This document shows, piece by piece, positions 23,593-35,792 of a stretch of 64,000 nt of DNA. The translations under genes and the position numbers were made by a program. This stretch comes from Curvularia clavata. Taxonomy: Eukaryota. How positions within the stretch are numbered: position 1 is the stretch's first letter; every line of letters starts with the position of its first letter. The notes below the pieces were generated by a model that saw nothing but the letters and a program-made list of their open reading frames with translations, had not been told where the DNA came from and searched no databases. Where the stretch lies: the NCBI GenBank assembly GCA_023920165.1, contig CP089277.1, forward strand, positions 3,100,001 through 3,164,000, read 5' to 3'.

Positions 23593-25058
23593 ATGTCACT
23601 TTACCTGGCATGGTGGCGCGTTGCTGCCGTCGCCGTTCTAGCGACGCAGGCCATGGCTCAGCAATGCTGTAAGCTCTTCTCAAGTATTGCACATAAGTGG
23701 TAGCTAATTGATAGCAGATTATCCCAATGGCAACAAAGCCCCAGATACAGAGAAGGCATGCTCCTCCGCAAAGGGCTCGGCCTGTTGTCCGGAGAATTGG
23801 GAATGCCTTGACAACGGCCTTTGTCACTATCCTCCCGACAATCTCTACGGCAGGTACAGCTGTACAGACAAAGACTGGAAATCCGATGGCTGCCCCTCTA
23901 ACCTATGTACTTACAGTAAGTTTGTTGATGGAGCCTTCTGAGTATCGCTCACCAGTGTTAGACCTGAAAGCCGGTGGCGGCGAGTCGATAACACAATGCT
24001 CAAACCACGGCGACCAGTGGTGTTGCAACGCAGATGGAGTCCACGTAAACTGCTGCCAGGAATCTCCAGCACCACGGCCCTTCTTCGCTCTACAGAATCC
24101 AGCAGCCTATGCCACCATTGGCTCCATGACGGCGTCGACCGCACCAATCCTAGCGAGCATCACCGGTGAAGCGACTGGAGGCGGTTCTGGAAATCAACCA
24201 TCCACATCACTAACGCCTGCGCCACAATCTTCAGATGCTCGGTCATCGCCTAATTCTCCGCAGTCCGCGAGTCCGTCACCGTCATCTAATTCTCTCTCGC
24301 CCTCATCAATTCGTGATTCGTCTGCGTCAGCTGCTAATCCCTTTACATCTGTGTTTTTCAGTGCTTCATCGGGTTCTACAGGTATTGTCAGCGTGCCAAT
24401 CACGAGTGTCATCACACCTACGTCGGATGTCACCACCCAGAGTAACAATGGCAACAAAGGCGACGGATCAGACTCGAATCTCGGTCTGATCATCGGCTGC
24501 GCCGTAGGCATTCCCCTCGGACTCGCACTGGTTGGATCCATCCTCTGGTTGCTGCGGAGGCGACAACGGAAGCCTAATCCCTATGGAACCGCGAACGTAG
24601 ACGACGACACCACAAATTTGGCAGGCGGTACCGCCGGCAAGCTCAACAAAGAGCAAGCTTTCCGTCACTCTGGACCCCCTGCCGGTGAACTAGACGGAAA
24701 TCCGGTGGGCGCTGGACGACCAATTTCCACAGTTCTAGGCCATGCCGAGCTGGAATCAGGGAATGGATTCAATCCGGGACACAGTACGCCGTATGCACCA
24801 GACGCCGTCGGCATCGGCGGTGGCAACGTCCATCCGGACCGAACTACTTGGGACAGCGTGCCACCCCAGTACTCGCCAGGGCAACATCATGTACCATACA
24901 GGTATCCAGAGATGAGCGAATTGGCAGATACAAGCGTAGCACCAGTTTTCAACGAGAAAGGAGACGAGCACGCTGGACACGGAGGACCACAATCAGCGAC
25001 AGGGACGCCGACTGTAACGGCCCCAGCAGAGCATGTGCAACACCACGTCCAGCGATAA
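23593..25058 (+). CDS. Single-pass cell-surface protein (Cys-rich N-terminal domain, Ser/Thr-rich stalk, Mid2-like TM segment)
   Basis: Signal peptide MSLYLAWWRVAAVAVLATQAMA. Introns at ~23669-23717 and ~23916-23961. CYYPNG..SACC..CLDNGLC..RYSCTD..W..CP..C domain, then TM LIIGCAVGIPLGLALVGSILWLL followed by RRRQRK. Confidence 0.85.
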
Positions 25059-25522
25059 CTAAAGAAGCTAGATTCGGCGTTTTGATCAAAAGGAATACAG
25101 ATGCACGGCATGGTACAGGACGGTGATTTTGTCCGTTTCTTTGTAGATAATAGGGAAACATCCGCTTTGAGGAGTACACATATATGATGATTGGGTATCC
25201 GTGCCCTGGGTAGTAATGTAGATACCGATACCTATACACGGCAGCTATAATCGATACAATTGCCTAAATTATTCGCATAAACTCCCGATGTCGTGCACGT
25301 GACATAAATCAGAATGCAGGTGAAGAATGCGGTGTGGGTGGGTCCGGGGAGAATTGGGGTGAGCGAGTCATGTTCGCTCGGCCCTGTCGTCAGCGCTCAC
25401 GGCCGCTCAACGAGACTGCCAGATAACCGCGTCGCATCCGCTGTTACTCGCCAGTCGCTGGCTCCCTTTACACCTCATGTCGTATTCCAAACTACTGTAC
25501 AACCAAGCACGTTTTAGTGACG

Positions 25523-27500
25523 ATGGAACGTCTGCCCGATGAACTCGTGCTCCAAATCATCTCATGTATGTGCCCAGAGATACATGCACCAGTAACATGC
25601 CCCACTCTGACCATCCAACCCTCCAGATCTCGAACCCTTTGAGATTGCAAATCTCCAGCTCGTGTCCCGCCACTTTCTCAGCCTCTGCCGTGACAACAGT
25701 CTCTGGAAGTCTCTATGCTTCTCACATTCCGCTTCTGAGCGCCGGCGCCGGCGTCTCGAGTTATCGGCGGACATTGACCCGCGGCTCGCTGAGCTGATTC
25801 GCGCTGCCGACACCCTCTCGAATGCCTTTAATACTTCGCCGCATACTGTCAATGATTCCAGCGCCGAGGCGCAGCATCAAAACGACAGAGAAAGGAGGCG
25901 GCAGGCCTTGATTGCCAATTGGGATCCAAGCTACCCCGACGAGAAGGTCAATTGGTACCAGGACTTTATACAAAGGCACGCGGAGCAGAACATCAGCTGG
26001 TTCCAAGATGCTGGCGATGGGCCTCAAGGCGAAGGTCATATCAGGAGAGATGCGACGGGCGCAGGAATACTATTTGACAGCGATGGGCTGGCAGACAAGC
26101 TGGTTGCGCCACTCGACGATGGCAGCATATGGATATGGGACGCTGCTGCAAACAGCGACCGCCAGGGCAAGGTCATAGCTAAGAGCGATATTGGCTTGCT
26201 CCCAGCCAAAGATTCCGATTTGGACTATGATACCAGAATCGCCCAAAGTCAGGCCATGATGACCGAGACGGGCGCTGTCGAGTGCGTAAGCATCGATAGT
26301 AAAACGAACAAGGGCTTCTTTGCTGTCCAGAACATCTTGAACGAAGTCGATCTAAATACTCTGAAAGTCGTCTCGAGGACTCCGTATCCTTTTCCCATCA
26401 CTGCGCTATCCGAAGCTCACCACCGAACACCGCTTACGGTCGGGACGAACTGGACTTTGCATCTTCATGACACACGAAAGCCTCCTCAAGCCGCGTCCCT
26501 GGTTCGATGTGAACTCATCGCTGGTGCAACTGATACTTCTTTCTCGCGCCTTGAAACAGGTGACTTTGGCGGCCATGTTTCGCTCTCACAGCCAGGCGCA
26601 CTCTCAATTCTGCACCTCCCTACAGCGCGCGAGTGGGACGGCAATGGGGACATCTGGGTTGGCGGTCGCTTCACCAGCATGCTCAACTTTGACCGCAGAT
26701 ACTTTCCCCGGCTCCGCGGTACTGTCCACTCTGGCGCACGCCTTTCATGCCTTACAGCAATACCCTATCCTTTCGTGCCGCAAGAACTTCGCCTTGGACG
26801 GACATATCCCTTGGCTTCGTCGCTACGCGAGGTCAAATCTCTTCCGGGCCATACACTAATTGCAGCAGGTGAATACAAAGGCAAAGGTTCCCTTGAGCTA
26901 TACGGCCTATCAAGCGAGCCGTCACTCTCAATCAACTCTAGCGATAGCCGCACAACAAGCAACAGAAAGGCATATTACCAAAATAGGCAGACAGCCAGTA
27001 GCTCGAAATTGCTTTCTGTTGCTCCGCATGGCACGCGTCTCGTCTTCTCAGACGGCGACGGCAATGTGAAATGGGTGGAGCGTGACGGCTCAACGCCTGT
27101 CCGCCATTTCAACATCAATGATTTCCAGCGCTCTCCCTATGAACCTGCACAGCATGCTCAACTTGTCAGCGCACAGCCAGATACAGAAGCTGGCTGGGGC
27201 GACATTGTACAAAAGATTCTGCCAACTATGAATCCATCTCTGCTTTCTCGCCCCTCTGTTTCATCAGACGCAATGCTTGGTCTGGACAACCTGGTCATCT
27301 GGACTGGAGATGGTAAGCTAGGTATGCTGGGCTTCGGACATGACCCTCCGTTTGAAAGAGATGTATTTGAAGATGCGCTAGAGGAACAGGGTGTGGATGC
27401 TGGCGAGAAGGTCAGGGAGAGGGAGTATAGTGCTGAGATGAGGAGGGCGCTAGAACACCAGGCGAGGGAGTTGAGGTGGTTGAGGGGGTACGGATTGTAG
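25523..27500 (+). CDS. F-box protein with a probable C-terminal beta-propeller-like region
   Basis: Exon 1 MERLPDELVLQIIS, intron 25566-25626, then YLEPFEIANLQLVSRHFLSLCRDNSLWK, which matches the F-box consensus. Confidence 0.88.
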
Positions 27501-27950
27501 GCTGGAAATGGTTGAGAGTAGATAGACATTTGTTGAATACACTATCTAGACTTTTACTAGAATCTTGTAGAAATAAACAACTGCACATGCTTGAAACAAA
27601 GTGCAATGCCATTGGTATCGTTCCAGTAATAGTAGTCTAGGTTGAACACGGCATGCAACGGGTTGTTCATTTAGCGCGGATCCTTGCTCCCCGCACGACG
27701 CGCGATCACAAGACACCGCGTCTAGGTATCGTTTATCACATTTCCTCTTGTTATATGCTACAGACATCTAGCCGTATACTCACGGCCGTCAACACATTGA
27801 AATGTTCTGCTTATTTCCATTGTGCCTGACATGCTCGGTTATGCGGCACGTCGACCGCCTAGCCAAGACGTGTCTCTTAGGACGTGCTCATCTGCGCAAC
27901 GCGTGATTCCTTGAGTTACATGTGGCCTTTGGTACATTCCCATCGGACGA

Positions 27951-29592
27951 ATGAGGCGCTCTCTGCAACGTGCTAGACGAGGTGAGTGTCTTTCTACACA
28001 AACGTTCTAACCAGAAGCTGATATCTCTAGGATGGCTGGTCCTACCCCTCGGCGGACACCCCACTCGCTTTCGATCCGTTCCCTTCCTTTTGCAGTCCTC
28101 AGCCAACAATGCGCGAAATGACAAGTCTTCGAATCATGAGGCTCACAACGAGACCAAGGAGGAGCGCAGCAAGTTTGCCCGAAGCGTCCTCGAAGGAAGT
28201 ACCGTTGCCCTGATATCGCTGTTCGGACTAGGCTTGGGCGGCTACGCTTATAGCATGTTCTATAAAAGGACAGTAGGAAAGAAGATTGAGAATGCCTTTG
28301 CTACAGGCTACAGTTCCCAGGAACGAGTTGCTCTAGGCCGCGTCGCATATGGCACGGAACCAGACAAGATACGCGAGATTGTGGAAAGGGAATACTGGGT
28401 TCCGAGAGTCGAGCAGCAGGACATTGATAACATTGTCAATGGGAAGGCAAGAGGGAGGTACTACCTCATCATTGGCGAGCGGGGTACTGGCAAGCGAGCG
28501 CTGCTGTTGGAAGCCATGAGAAAGGTCAATGGCGATGGGATTGCTATGCTCGAGGCCCACAACGATTTGGAAGTGTTTCGCACACGGCTTGGCAAGGCCA
28601 TTGATTACGAATTCCACGAAGACTACATTGGCGGCTTGTTCAGTATCCGAGGCCCAAGGGATAGCTCGCCGCTTCTAGATATTGAAAGGGCGCTCAACCA
28701 GTTAGAGAAGGTTGCCTTGTCGATGAGAAAGCGGCGTGGGAAACCGCTGCTCATGATCATCAACAATATCCACCTGTTCAAGGATGATGGGCCAGGAAAG
28801 CACTTGATGGAAATTCTGCAGCAACGGGCGGAGATCTGGGCTGGCAATGAGCTGGTCACGACAGTCTTCACATCCGATGAGTTCTGGACACTCGAGCGCC
28901 TCACACCGCATGCTACCAACATGAGTGTCATGAGCATCCGAGACGTGCGCAAAGATGTCGTCACCAAGGCGCTCAAGCAATACAGAGCTCGCTATCACAA
29001 CGAGGATACGCCACAGAGCATACTCGACGAGGTCTTCGCCAAGGTCGGCGGTCGCCTCATCTTCTTGAACCAAGTCGCCAAATCCCAGGAGATGCTGGAG
29101 ACGTGCCGTCAAATCAACCGACGAGAGAAATCATGGTTTCTCAACAATTGCTGGATTCTAGGCGACTCCATGGACGATGATGTGGAAGAACAGCAGAAGT
29201 ACTGTGCTGCTGCCATAGTTCTAGCACGGGCGCTGGTCCTTCGCGAAAAGGTCCCCTCGCCCGACTCTGACGATGATGAGTTCACGTTGCCTGAGATTCC
29301 GCTGCATGAAGCACGACAAATCATCACACGAGCGGACTTTGTGCACCCTTTTGATCACATCAACGTTGTGCATATCGATGCGCACGGCATGGTTCGCGCG
29401 GACTCGGTGCCCATGCAAAATGCGTTCCGGGAAGTTGTGCAGCAGCCTGGGTTTGAAGAGCATCTGAAAGCGACGCTGAATCGGTTGGATGAGCTGGAGA
29501 GTCTGGCGAGGACAAGGGAGGTCGCAGTTAGGAAGTTACCGGATAGGAGTGGTGGAATTGTTCCGGTGCAGGAGTATTGCGCGAAGTTGTAG
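27951..29592 (+). CDS. P-loop NTPase (AAA-like) membrane-anchored protein, possibly mitochondrial
   Basis: Exon 1 MRRSLQRARR, intron 27982-28030 (GTGAGT..CTGAT..TAG), Arg-rich presequence-like N-terminus, one TM segment, and Walker A GERGTGK. Confidence 0.82.
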
Positions 29593-30604
29593 GTGGTGGT
29601 GAGTGTAGTTTCTGCGTTGGCTTTGAGACCGCATAGCAATCTGTGCCTGTACAGGTTTTGAGGTGCATTCAATCAGGTAGCAATTCGAGCTAAAATCATT
29701 GCACAAGCTAAATGAATATTGTTGTTTTGCCTCCATGCTTTTACGCCGAATAAATGCATGTCATTCATGACTTTTTTCATCTGTATTTTCTCTTCAAACA
29801 CAATGTCTGGGAATTCGATATACATCCTAGGCATGTGGGATGCGAGGAGGTCAATGCATCGAACCTTTAATTTCTCCATACCGTCCACATGGACAAGAAC
29901 GGATTTCTGCAGTATTAGAGGCGAATGGCCATATCGCATGTCTCGCGGTGTACATGGACTTGATGGTTGACATGGATAATTAGGGCGATCAAACCGAACA
30001 CCTAGTTGTACTAGGCTTCGTCATCTTCCCACATAACTATACTTTCTAAAGAACCCAAGCCCTCTTTCAGCTTAAACACTTCGCGTTCCCACCGCACAGA
30101 TACAAGCCTTATATTAAATTAGGCAAATCTGCTCAAGCCCACGGAAAAATGAACCCTCGGGCCAGCACTTGACACGAAACATGCAGAATCCCCATCTCAA
30201 TCAGACATTCCCGCCCTGCATCAATATGTACATATTCGCCGTACATGCAGTCAATGTACATGTACTAACGCAGACTAGTGCCAGGGCAAAGATCCGCCCC
30301 AGGGTCCAGCATCTCACATGGATGTGGGGAAAAAAAAGGAAAGGCGGAAAAACACTCCTATACCTACCTAATCGAGTCAAAGCGCGCGAACTTCGGAAGG
30401 CCCAGACATCCGTATTTCCATGCTCCATGCTCCATTGCCCCCCCCCCCGTCTCATGACCGTCACGCTCGAAAGGGCGCATCTAGGCTTCATCGTCTCGTT
30501 TTTGCGCTCTCTCCACATCTCACCAAAGCAGAAAGAGATGGTCTCGCTTATTCTTTTCGTCTCTTTGTTGCTTTGACCCTGCGACGGTTTGTCATCTCGC
30601 TACC

Positions 30605-32206
30605 ATGACTTCTTCCCCAACGGCAACGTCAATGTCGCCACAAGGTGGTTACCCCGCGTCTTCAACATCCAGCAACACCAGTAGCAACACCAGATATAAC
30701 AATTCTGGTAATCATCAACATATCCTATGGCGCCTCTACATCTCACACACGCTCTCGACATGGAACGCACGCACGTTTGAGTTTGGCGCCGTGATTTTCC
30801 TAGCCGCGATTTTTCCAGGCACCCTTTTCTTCGCCTCGTGCTATGCGCTGTTTCGCGCTGCGGCAGCTGCCGTGCTGGGATCATGGGTTGGATACCAGGT
30901 TGATTCTAGAGACAGGCTGGTCGTTGTACGACACAGCATCGTATGGCAGCGGCTTTCGGTGGCGGGATCGTGTTTCATGCTGGTTTTTATGTTAAATGGG
31001 GACAGGCAGAAAGAGAAGGGAATCGCGACATATGCCTTGTTTGTCTGCAGCGTGGTGCTCGCATGTGTAGAGAAGCTTGCTTTCGTCGCCAACACGGTAT
31101 CTGTTGAGCGCGACTGGATTATCGTCGTGGCGGAGAGCCTCAAGGCAGATCGCCAGGCGCTCAACAGCACCATGCGCCGAATCGATCTCGTATGCAAGCT
31201 CATTGCACCCGTGGGCATTGGCCTCATCGAAGGCACATACTCGACCCGACTCGCCATCTGGATTGTCTTCCTGCAAAACGCCATCAGCGTCGTGGTAGAG
31301 TACTTCGCCATTGCGCACGTCTACGCCGCCGTGCCCGAACTGGCACAGGGTAAAAACGCGCCGAACCCGTCACAGTCTGAAACACCAGACACGACGGGCA
31401 TGCGACAGTCGCAGGGAAACCATGATCCTGTGCCAGCAGCAGCCCCTGGTCCTCGTTTTGCGGCTGTTAATAAAATAGCACGCCGCCACCTCGAGCCGTG
31501 GAAGAACTACATCCAAAACCCAGCTTTCCTCGCCTCCTTCTCGCTCTCCCTCCTCTACCTCACTGTCCTGAGCTTCGCCTCGCAAATGACCACGTACCTG
31601 CTCTCTCTCGGCTACACCAGCACACACGTTTCGCTTATGCGCCTGGGCTCCGTCACACTGGAGCTCTGCGCCACCGTCGCCGCACCGTACCTCATGAGCC
31701 GCATCAGCGCTGTGCGCGCCGGGCTCTGGTTCATAAACGAGCAAGTTCTCTCCATAGCCCTCGCCATTGGCTTCTGGCTCTGGATCTCCAACAAGCCCAT
31801 GCTCGCTGGTGCCGCGCTCGTCCTCGGCGTCGCCTTTTCACGCCTAGGCCTCTGGGGCTTCGATCTCAGCGTGCAGTTTCTCGTCCAGGAAGACGCGCCA
31901 GAATCCACGCGGGGCTCTTTTTCAGCCGTCGAGATGGCGCTGCAGAATATTTTTGAATTGGTTTCATTCGCTACCACCATGGTTTTTTACAGGCCGCAGC
32001 AGTTTAGGATCCCAGTGTTTATTAGTGCGGGCGCTATTGTGTCGAGTGCGGCGTGTTTTGCGGGCTTCGTGAGGAGGAAGAGGGGCCATTTGTTGCATAC
32101 AGACAGGTGTCTGAAGAGGGTGAGCAAGACGGGGAGATATGAGGTATTGCCGACGATTGAAGAGGAGTTTGAGATGGAGGGGGAGGAGACGGGGAGGAGG
32201 ACCTGA
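30605..32206 (+). CDS. Ferroportin-like (SLC40/FPN1 family) metal transporter
   Basis: LYISHTLSTWNARTFEFG, NTVSVERDWI, LNSTMRRIDLVCKLIAP, LLYLTVLSF and SRLGLWGFDL are ferroportin-family motifs. Confidence 0.92.
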   Translation: MTSSPTATSMSPQGGYPASSTSSNTSSNTRYNNSGNHQHILWRLYISHTLSTWNARTFEFGAVIFLAAIFPGTLFFASCYALFRAAAAAVLGSWVGYQVDSRDRLVVVRHSIVWQRLSVAGSCFMLVFMLNGDRQKEKGIATYALFVCSVVLACVEKLAFVANTVSVERDWIIVVAESLKADRQALNSTMRRIDLVCKLIAPVGIGLIEGTYSTRLAIWIVFLQNAISVVVEYFAIAHVYAAVPELAQGKNAPNPSQSETPDTTGMRQSQGNHDPVPAAAPGPRFAAVNKIARRHLEPWKNYIQNPAFLASFSLSLLYLTVLSFASQMTTYLLSLGYTSTHVSLMRLGSVTLELCATVAAPYLMSRISAVRAGLWFINEQVLSIALAIGFWLWISNKPMLAGAALVLGVAFSRLGLWGFDLSVQFLVQEDAPESTRGSFSAVEMALQNIFELVSFATTMVFYRPQQFRIPVFISAGAIVSSAACFAGFVRRKRGHLLHTDRCLKRVSKTGRYEVLPTIEEEFEMEGEETGRRT

Positions 32207-32667
32207 GTATGCAATCAATTACCAAAAATGCTATTATTACGTTAACTTGATGTTCTTTGGTTTCTGGTAGTTATTCTATATTCATGATGCTTCTCTAGTA
32301 TGTGAGATTGACTAAGAACTTGAACGACTGCCTAGTCGATTCGTTTGTTACAGGCACAGACATTACATATACTAGCAACCTTGCCACATCTCGACAATCA
32401 ATCACTCAGTCTATCACTTTGAAGCTCATCCATCTCACATCACCAGTATTACCAGACTAAAAGAATGAGATAAAAATGTCCAAGCCATCTATCATGGCCT
32501 ACCCTACAAAAATTATCTAGGCGTTGTTGAAACTATAAAAACAAGCTATGCAGCCGCGTCCCTCTATGATAAGCTACAATAGTTATGTCCTCTGCCAACG
32601 CCGAACCATGCCATGCTATGCAATCAACAATCGGTAAAAATAAGAATGAAAAAAAAAGACGGGAAGA

Positions 32668-34959
32668 CTATCTTCGTGAAGGAACTCGTGGAGTAGGTGT
32701 GGCGTCCCTGACGTCTAATGCTGCTATGCCAGTCTCTTCTTCTTCGTCTTCGTCTTCGTCTTCGTCTTCGTCTTCGTCGTCGCGCAGGCCTTGAATCGCA
32801 GTTGTGTCCTCGCCATCATCTGCGCCCTCGTCATCGTCTGTGTCATGAGCATCTTCGTAGTACTCTTCACCCTCTGCGTAATCACCGCCTTCTACACTCT
32901 CCATAATGGAGTCGCCCATTCCGGCTTCGTCCATTGAGTCGCGTGACATGTAGCTGCCCTCGAGGTCCTCACCAATTTCCGACCTCTCGTCCTCGCTGCG
33001 AATGCTAGCCGCTTCCGTGTCGACATCGTCGTCATCATCATCTTCGCTGTCAGTAAAGTCGGCAATGTCCGGAGGAGGATCACGCCAGTAGTTGAAGTCT
33101 GTGTAGGCTTCGCCGCCGGCAGGAACGAGCAGTCCGACAGGAGGGAAGAAGTGATCGACAATCTCGCGCATGCTAGCGTAACCGGTCTTGTAGGAGTTGA
33201 GCGACAAGACGTCGAGACTGACTTCGGCGTTGGAATTGATGGTGAAGATGCGAGTGGAGGGGATGTTGACGGAGCGGTAGGAGAGCGCGTCAGTGAAACG
33301 GTTGCCAAAACCAGCGTAAAAGGGGGTTTGGCCCGGAGGCTTGTCGAACAGCTGCATGATATCTCGGAGACAGGCCATTTTGAAGACTTCTGGTTTCCGC
33401 AGATAGATTTCTCTGCGAAGGGCGGCAATTGTGCGGTCTGGACTCATAATGACTGGGCCCTTTGGGAGGCGGTAGTTGTCTTGCACAACGCCGTTCAGAT
33501 AGGCTCTTGTTGTGTCTGCTTGGCCGACGGAGCGACTGGTGAGGTAGAAGATATTGTAGCCATTGTTTACAATATCTGTGTAGAGTTTGGCAACTCCTTG
33601 GTGGGTCCAATCTCTGCCTATCATGTTCAGGACGTGGCCCAGAGCATCCGACTTGGTAATGGTTCCGTCAATGTCGGAAATGACAATAGGGACATCGTGC
33701 TTCCAATAAAACATGTAAGCCTCACACTTTGATCGATTCACGGTGAAGCTCATGGTGTTTGCACCAGGCTTGAGATTCAAGGCTTTTAGTTGGTCACTGG
33801 TCAGGCGCAACGTCTTTGCATACGTCTTGGTCTCGTTCTTGCGCGCCTCGGGTGAGTGTGGCGCAGACATACCAAGAGCACTATCTGAGTCTCTGCGGAC
33901 TTGAGGAAATTGGGCCGTGTCATCGCTGCGGCCGCTGTCACTTTGGTAGCCCGGGTCTGACAGGGCGTCAGTGGATTGAAGGGCACCCTCGTTCAAGACA
34001 TTCATGGAAGTCTTGGCCATGGCTGCGGCTTTGGCTTCCTCACTGCTGTAGATCCACAGGTTTCCATTTTCATCGGCACCAATGAGAGCGCCAATGTCGT
34101 AGTCACCTGCGAGCTCGTCGGAGAGGATGCGCCTAGCTATGACCTCGGCACGCAGTGCATCCTCTTCGCTACTCTTGTAGCCTGTCATGTCAAGCTCCAA
34201 GTCGCCCGTCTCGGTGACCTTGTTAGGGATATTTGAGGTGAAGAGTTTCTTAGACAGCTTGATGGCACGGGCAAGGGCTTCACTGGGAGACACTGGCGGG
34301 GGGCTCGCTGAGCGTGTAGACCTGTTCCATGCCGTGGCGTCTTCTTTGCTTATTTGCAGCGGGCCCCTTTGCTGCGGCTGAGACTCGTCAAATGCTTTGG
34401 CAAAGCCGTCCTTGACCGAAGGCACCGTCTCGTCGGTGCTGGCCCTGTGCATGTGAAAGCCTGACCAGTCGCCTGACTTGGGGCGGCCGTACTCTGCTTC
34501 TGCGTGCATGTTGTCTGCGGCAGGGACCGACATGGACATGCGTCCCCTCCTTGTCGCAACGCTGGCTCCGTCGAGATCCAGGGGCTCGGGTTCGTCAAAG
34601 GGACGGTCGGAGGATAGCTCGGCAGGCTTCTGGTCGGGGCTGGTGGCGGGGGAGGCGATGGGCGAGGTCTGCATTTCGGCGGGAATGTTGCGCGAGGTCT
34701 CGAAGACGAAGAAGGCCTCGCCGCCTTCGCCCAACTTCATTGAGTAGTCCTGCAGCTCGCCATTGACGCGGAACTCGACCTTCTTATCCGAGGGCCTGAG
34801 AATCTGGTACTTGCCGAAGCGGACGTGGAAGGGGGAGCATGCGAGGGTGCCATCTTCGTGCTCGACGACAATGGTGTCGATGGCGCCGCTGAGAGTTGCG
34901 GGATTGATCGAGTTCCAGCCCTTGGAGACGCTGCCGGTAATGGACCGGACGTAGTTCAT
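32668..34959 (-). CDS. PAH1: Lipin/Pah1/Ned1 Mg-dependent phosphatidate phosphatase
   Basis: N-LIP domain (INPATLSGAID..SPFHVRFGK..MKLGEGGEAFFV), C-LIP HAD motif SDIDGTITKSD, and an acidic tail. Start at MNYVRS. Confidence 0.96.
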   Translation of the reverse strand: MNYVRSITGSVSKGWNSINPATLSGAIDTIVVEHEDGTLACSPFHVRFGKYQILRPSDKKVEFRVNGELQDYSMKLGEGGEAFFVFETSRNIPAEMQTSPIASPATSPDQKPAELSSDRPFDEPEPLDLDGASVATRRGRMSMSVPAADNMHAEAEYGRPKSGDWSGFHMHRASTDETVPSVKDGFAKAFDESQPQQRGPLQISKEDATAWNRSTRSASPPPVSPSEALARAIKLSKKLFTSNIPNKVTETGDLELDMTGYKSSEEDALRAEVIARRILSDELAGDYDIGALIGADENGNLWIYSSEEAKAAAMAKTSMNVLNEGALQSTDALSDPGYQSDSGRSDDTAQFPQVRRDSDSALGMSAPHSPEARKNETKTYAKTLRLTSDQLKALNLKPGANTMSFTVNRSKCEAYMFYWKHDVPIVISDIDGTITKSDALGHVLNMIGRDWTHQGVAKLYTDIVNNGYNIFYLTSRSVGQADTTRAYLNGVVQDNYRLPKGPVIMSPDRTIAALRREIYLRKPEVFKMACLRDIMQLFDKPPGQTPFYAGFGNRFTDALSYRSVNIPSTRIFTINSNAEVSLDVLSLNSYKTGYASMREIVDHFFPPVGLLVPAGGEAYTDFNYWRDPPPDIADFTDSEDDDDDDVDTEAASIRSEDERSEIGEDLEGSYMSRDSMDEAGMGDSIMESVEGGDYAEGEEYYEDAHDTDDDEGADDGEDTTAIQGLRDDEDEDEDEDEDEEEETGIAALDVRDATPTPRVPSRR
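32740..32776. repeat. (TCTTCG)n hexanucleotide microsatellite encoding the poly-(DE) tail of Pah1
   Basis: About six tandem TCTTCG units are visible in the sequence. Confidence 0.85.
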
Positions 34960-35792
34960 GGTGTGCGTAGTCGCGTGGGAGAGAGGGGTTTGCAGGAGAG
35001 AGCGTGTGTGTTTGTGGCCCTGTTGGGCTGGGTGCCGGGGTTGGTGTCGGAGAAAGTACGTCAGATGGGTTTTATGGGTGGGATGATGCAAATGGTCCGA
35101 GGCGAGAGTGGATTTGGCCTTTCACATGCCGACGGCGAGGGTGTGGCTTTTCCCGAAGGAAGCGGACAGCAGGACGGATTGAAGAAGGGATCCAGGGGGA
35201 GCGGAGGGTGAAGAAGGTAAAAGAAGAGAGCGCCCAGCCCGGTTCGCGATCATCGTCACCGGTCGGCGCCTCAGACGTCAGCTGCCGTCATGTGCTCGTC
35301 TGGTTCGAGTCGCGCTGAGACTGCGTTTGGTGTGCACATGGAGCCACGGGACACAGGCATTGGAGCGCTGGGGCACTGGGCGAGGCTGGTGATGCATAGT
35401 GTAGAGATAATAGCACACGGATAGATAGCGATAGTCATACACTTGCATGGGCGGTACATGTGTTGGGAGAAGACACAGGCGACCACTGGCTGGACCCAAG
35501 CCTCGTGCAGACGCAGGCGACAAACTGCTGCCTTGGCAAGTCCAGTCTCGAACCGCGGCACGCCACACACGCCGCCATGGTTGTCGTGAAGCTGCAAATA
35601 CAGTAATAATAATACAGCAGCATGCACGACTGAGTGTGTAGGCTGCGGGTGGCGGCCGGAGAAAACAAAAGCCAAGACATGGAAGAATGCTTGTCGCGCC
35701 GGCGCCGCTCGGCCGCCCGCTCACACGTCGCTCGCGCCCGCCATCATCATCACGACTCCAAAAACTATCTCGAGGTAGACGGCACGGCTGCC

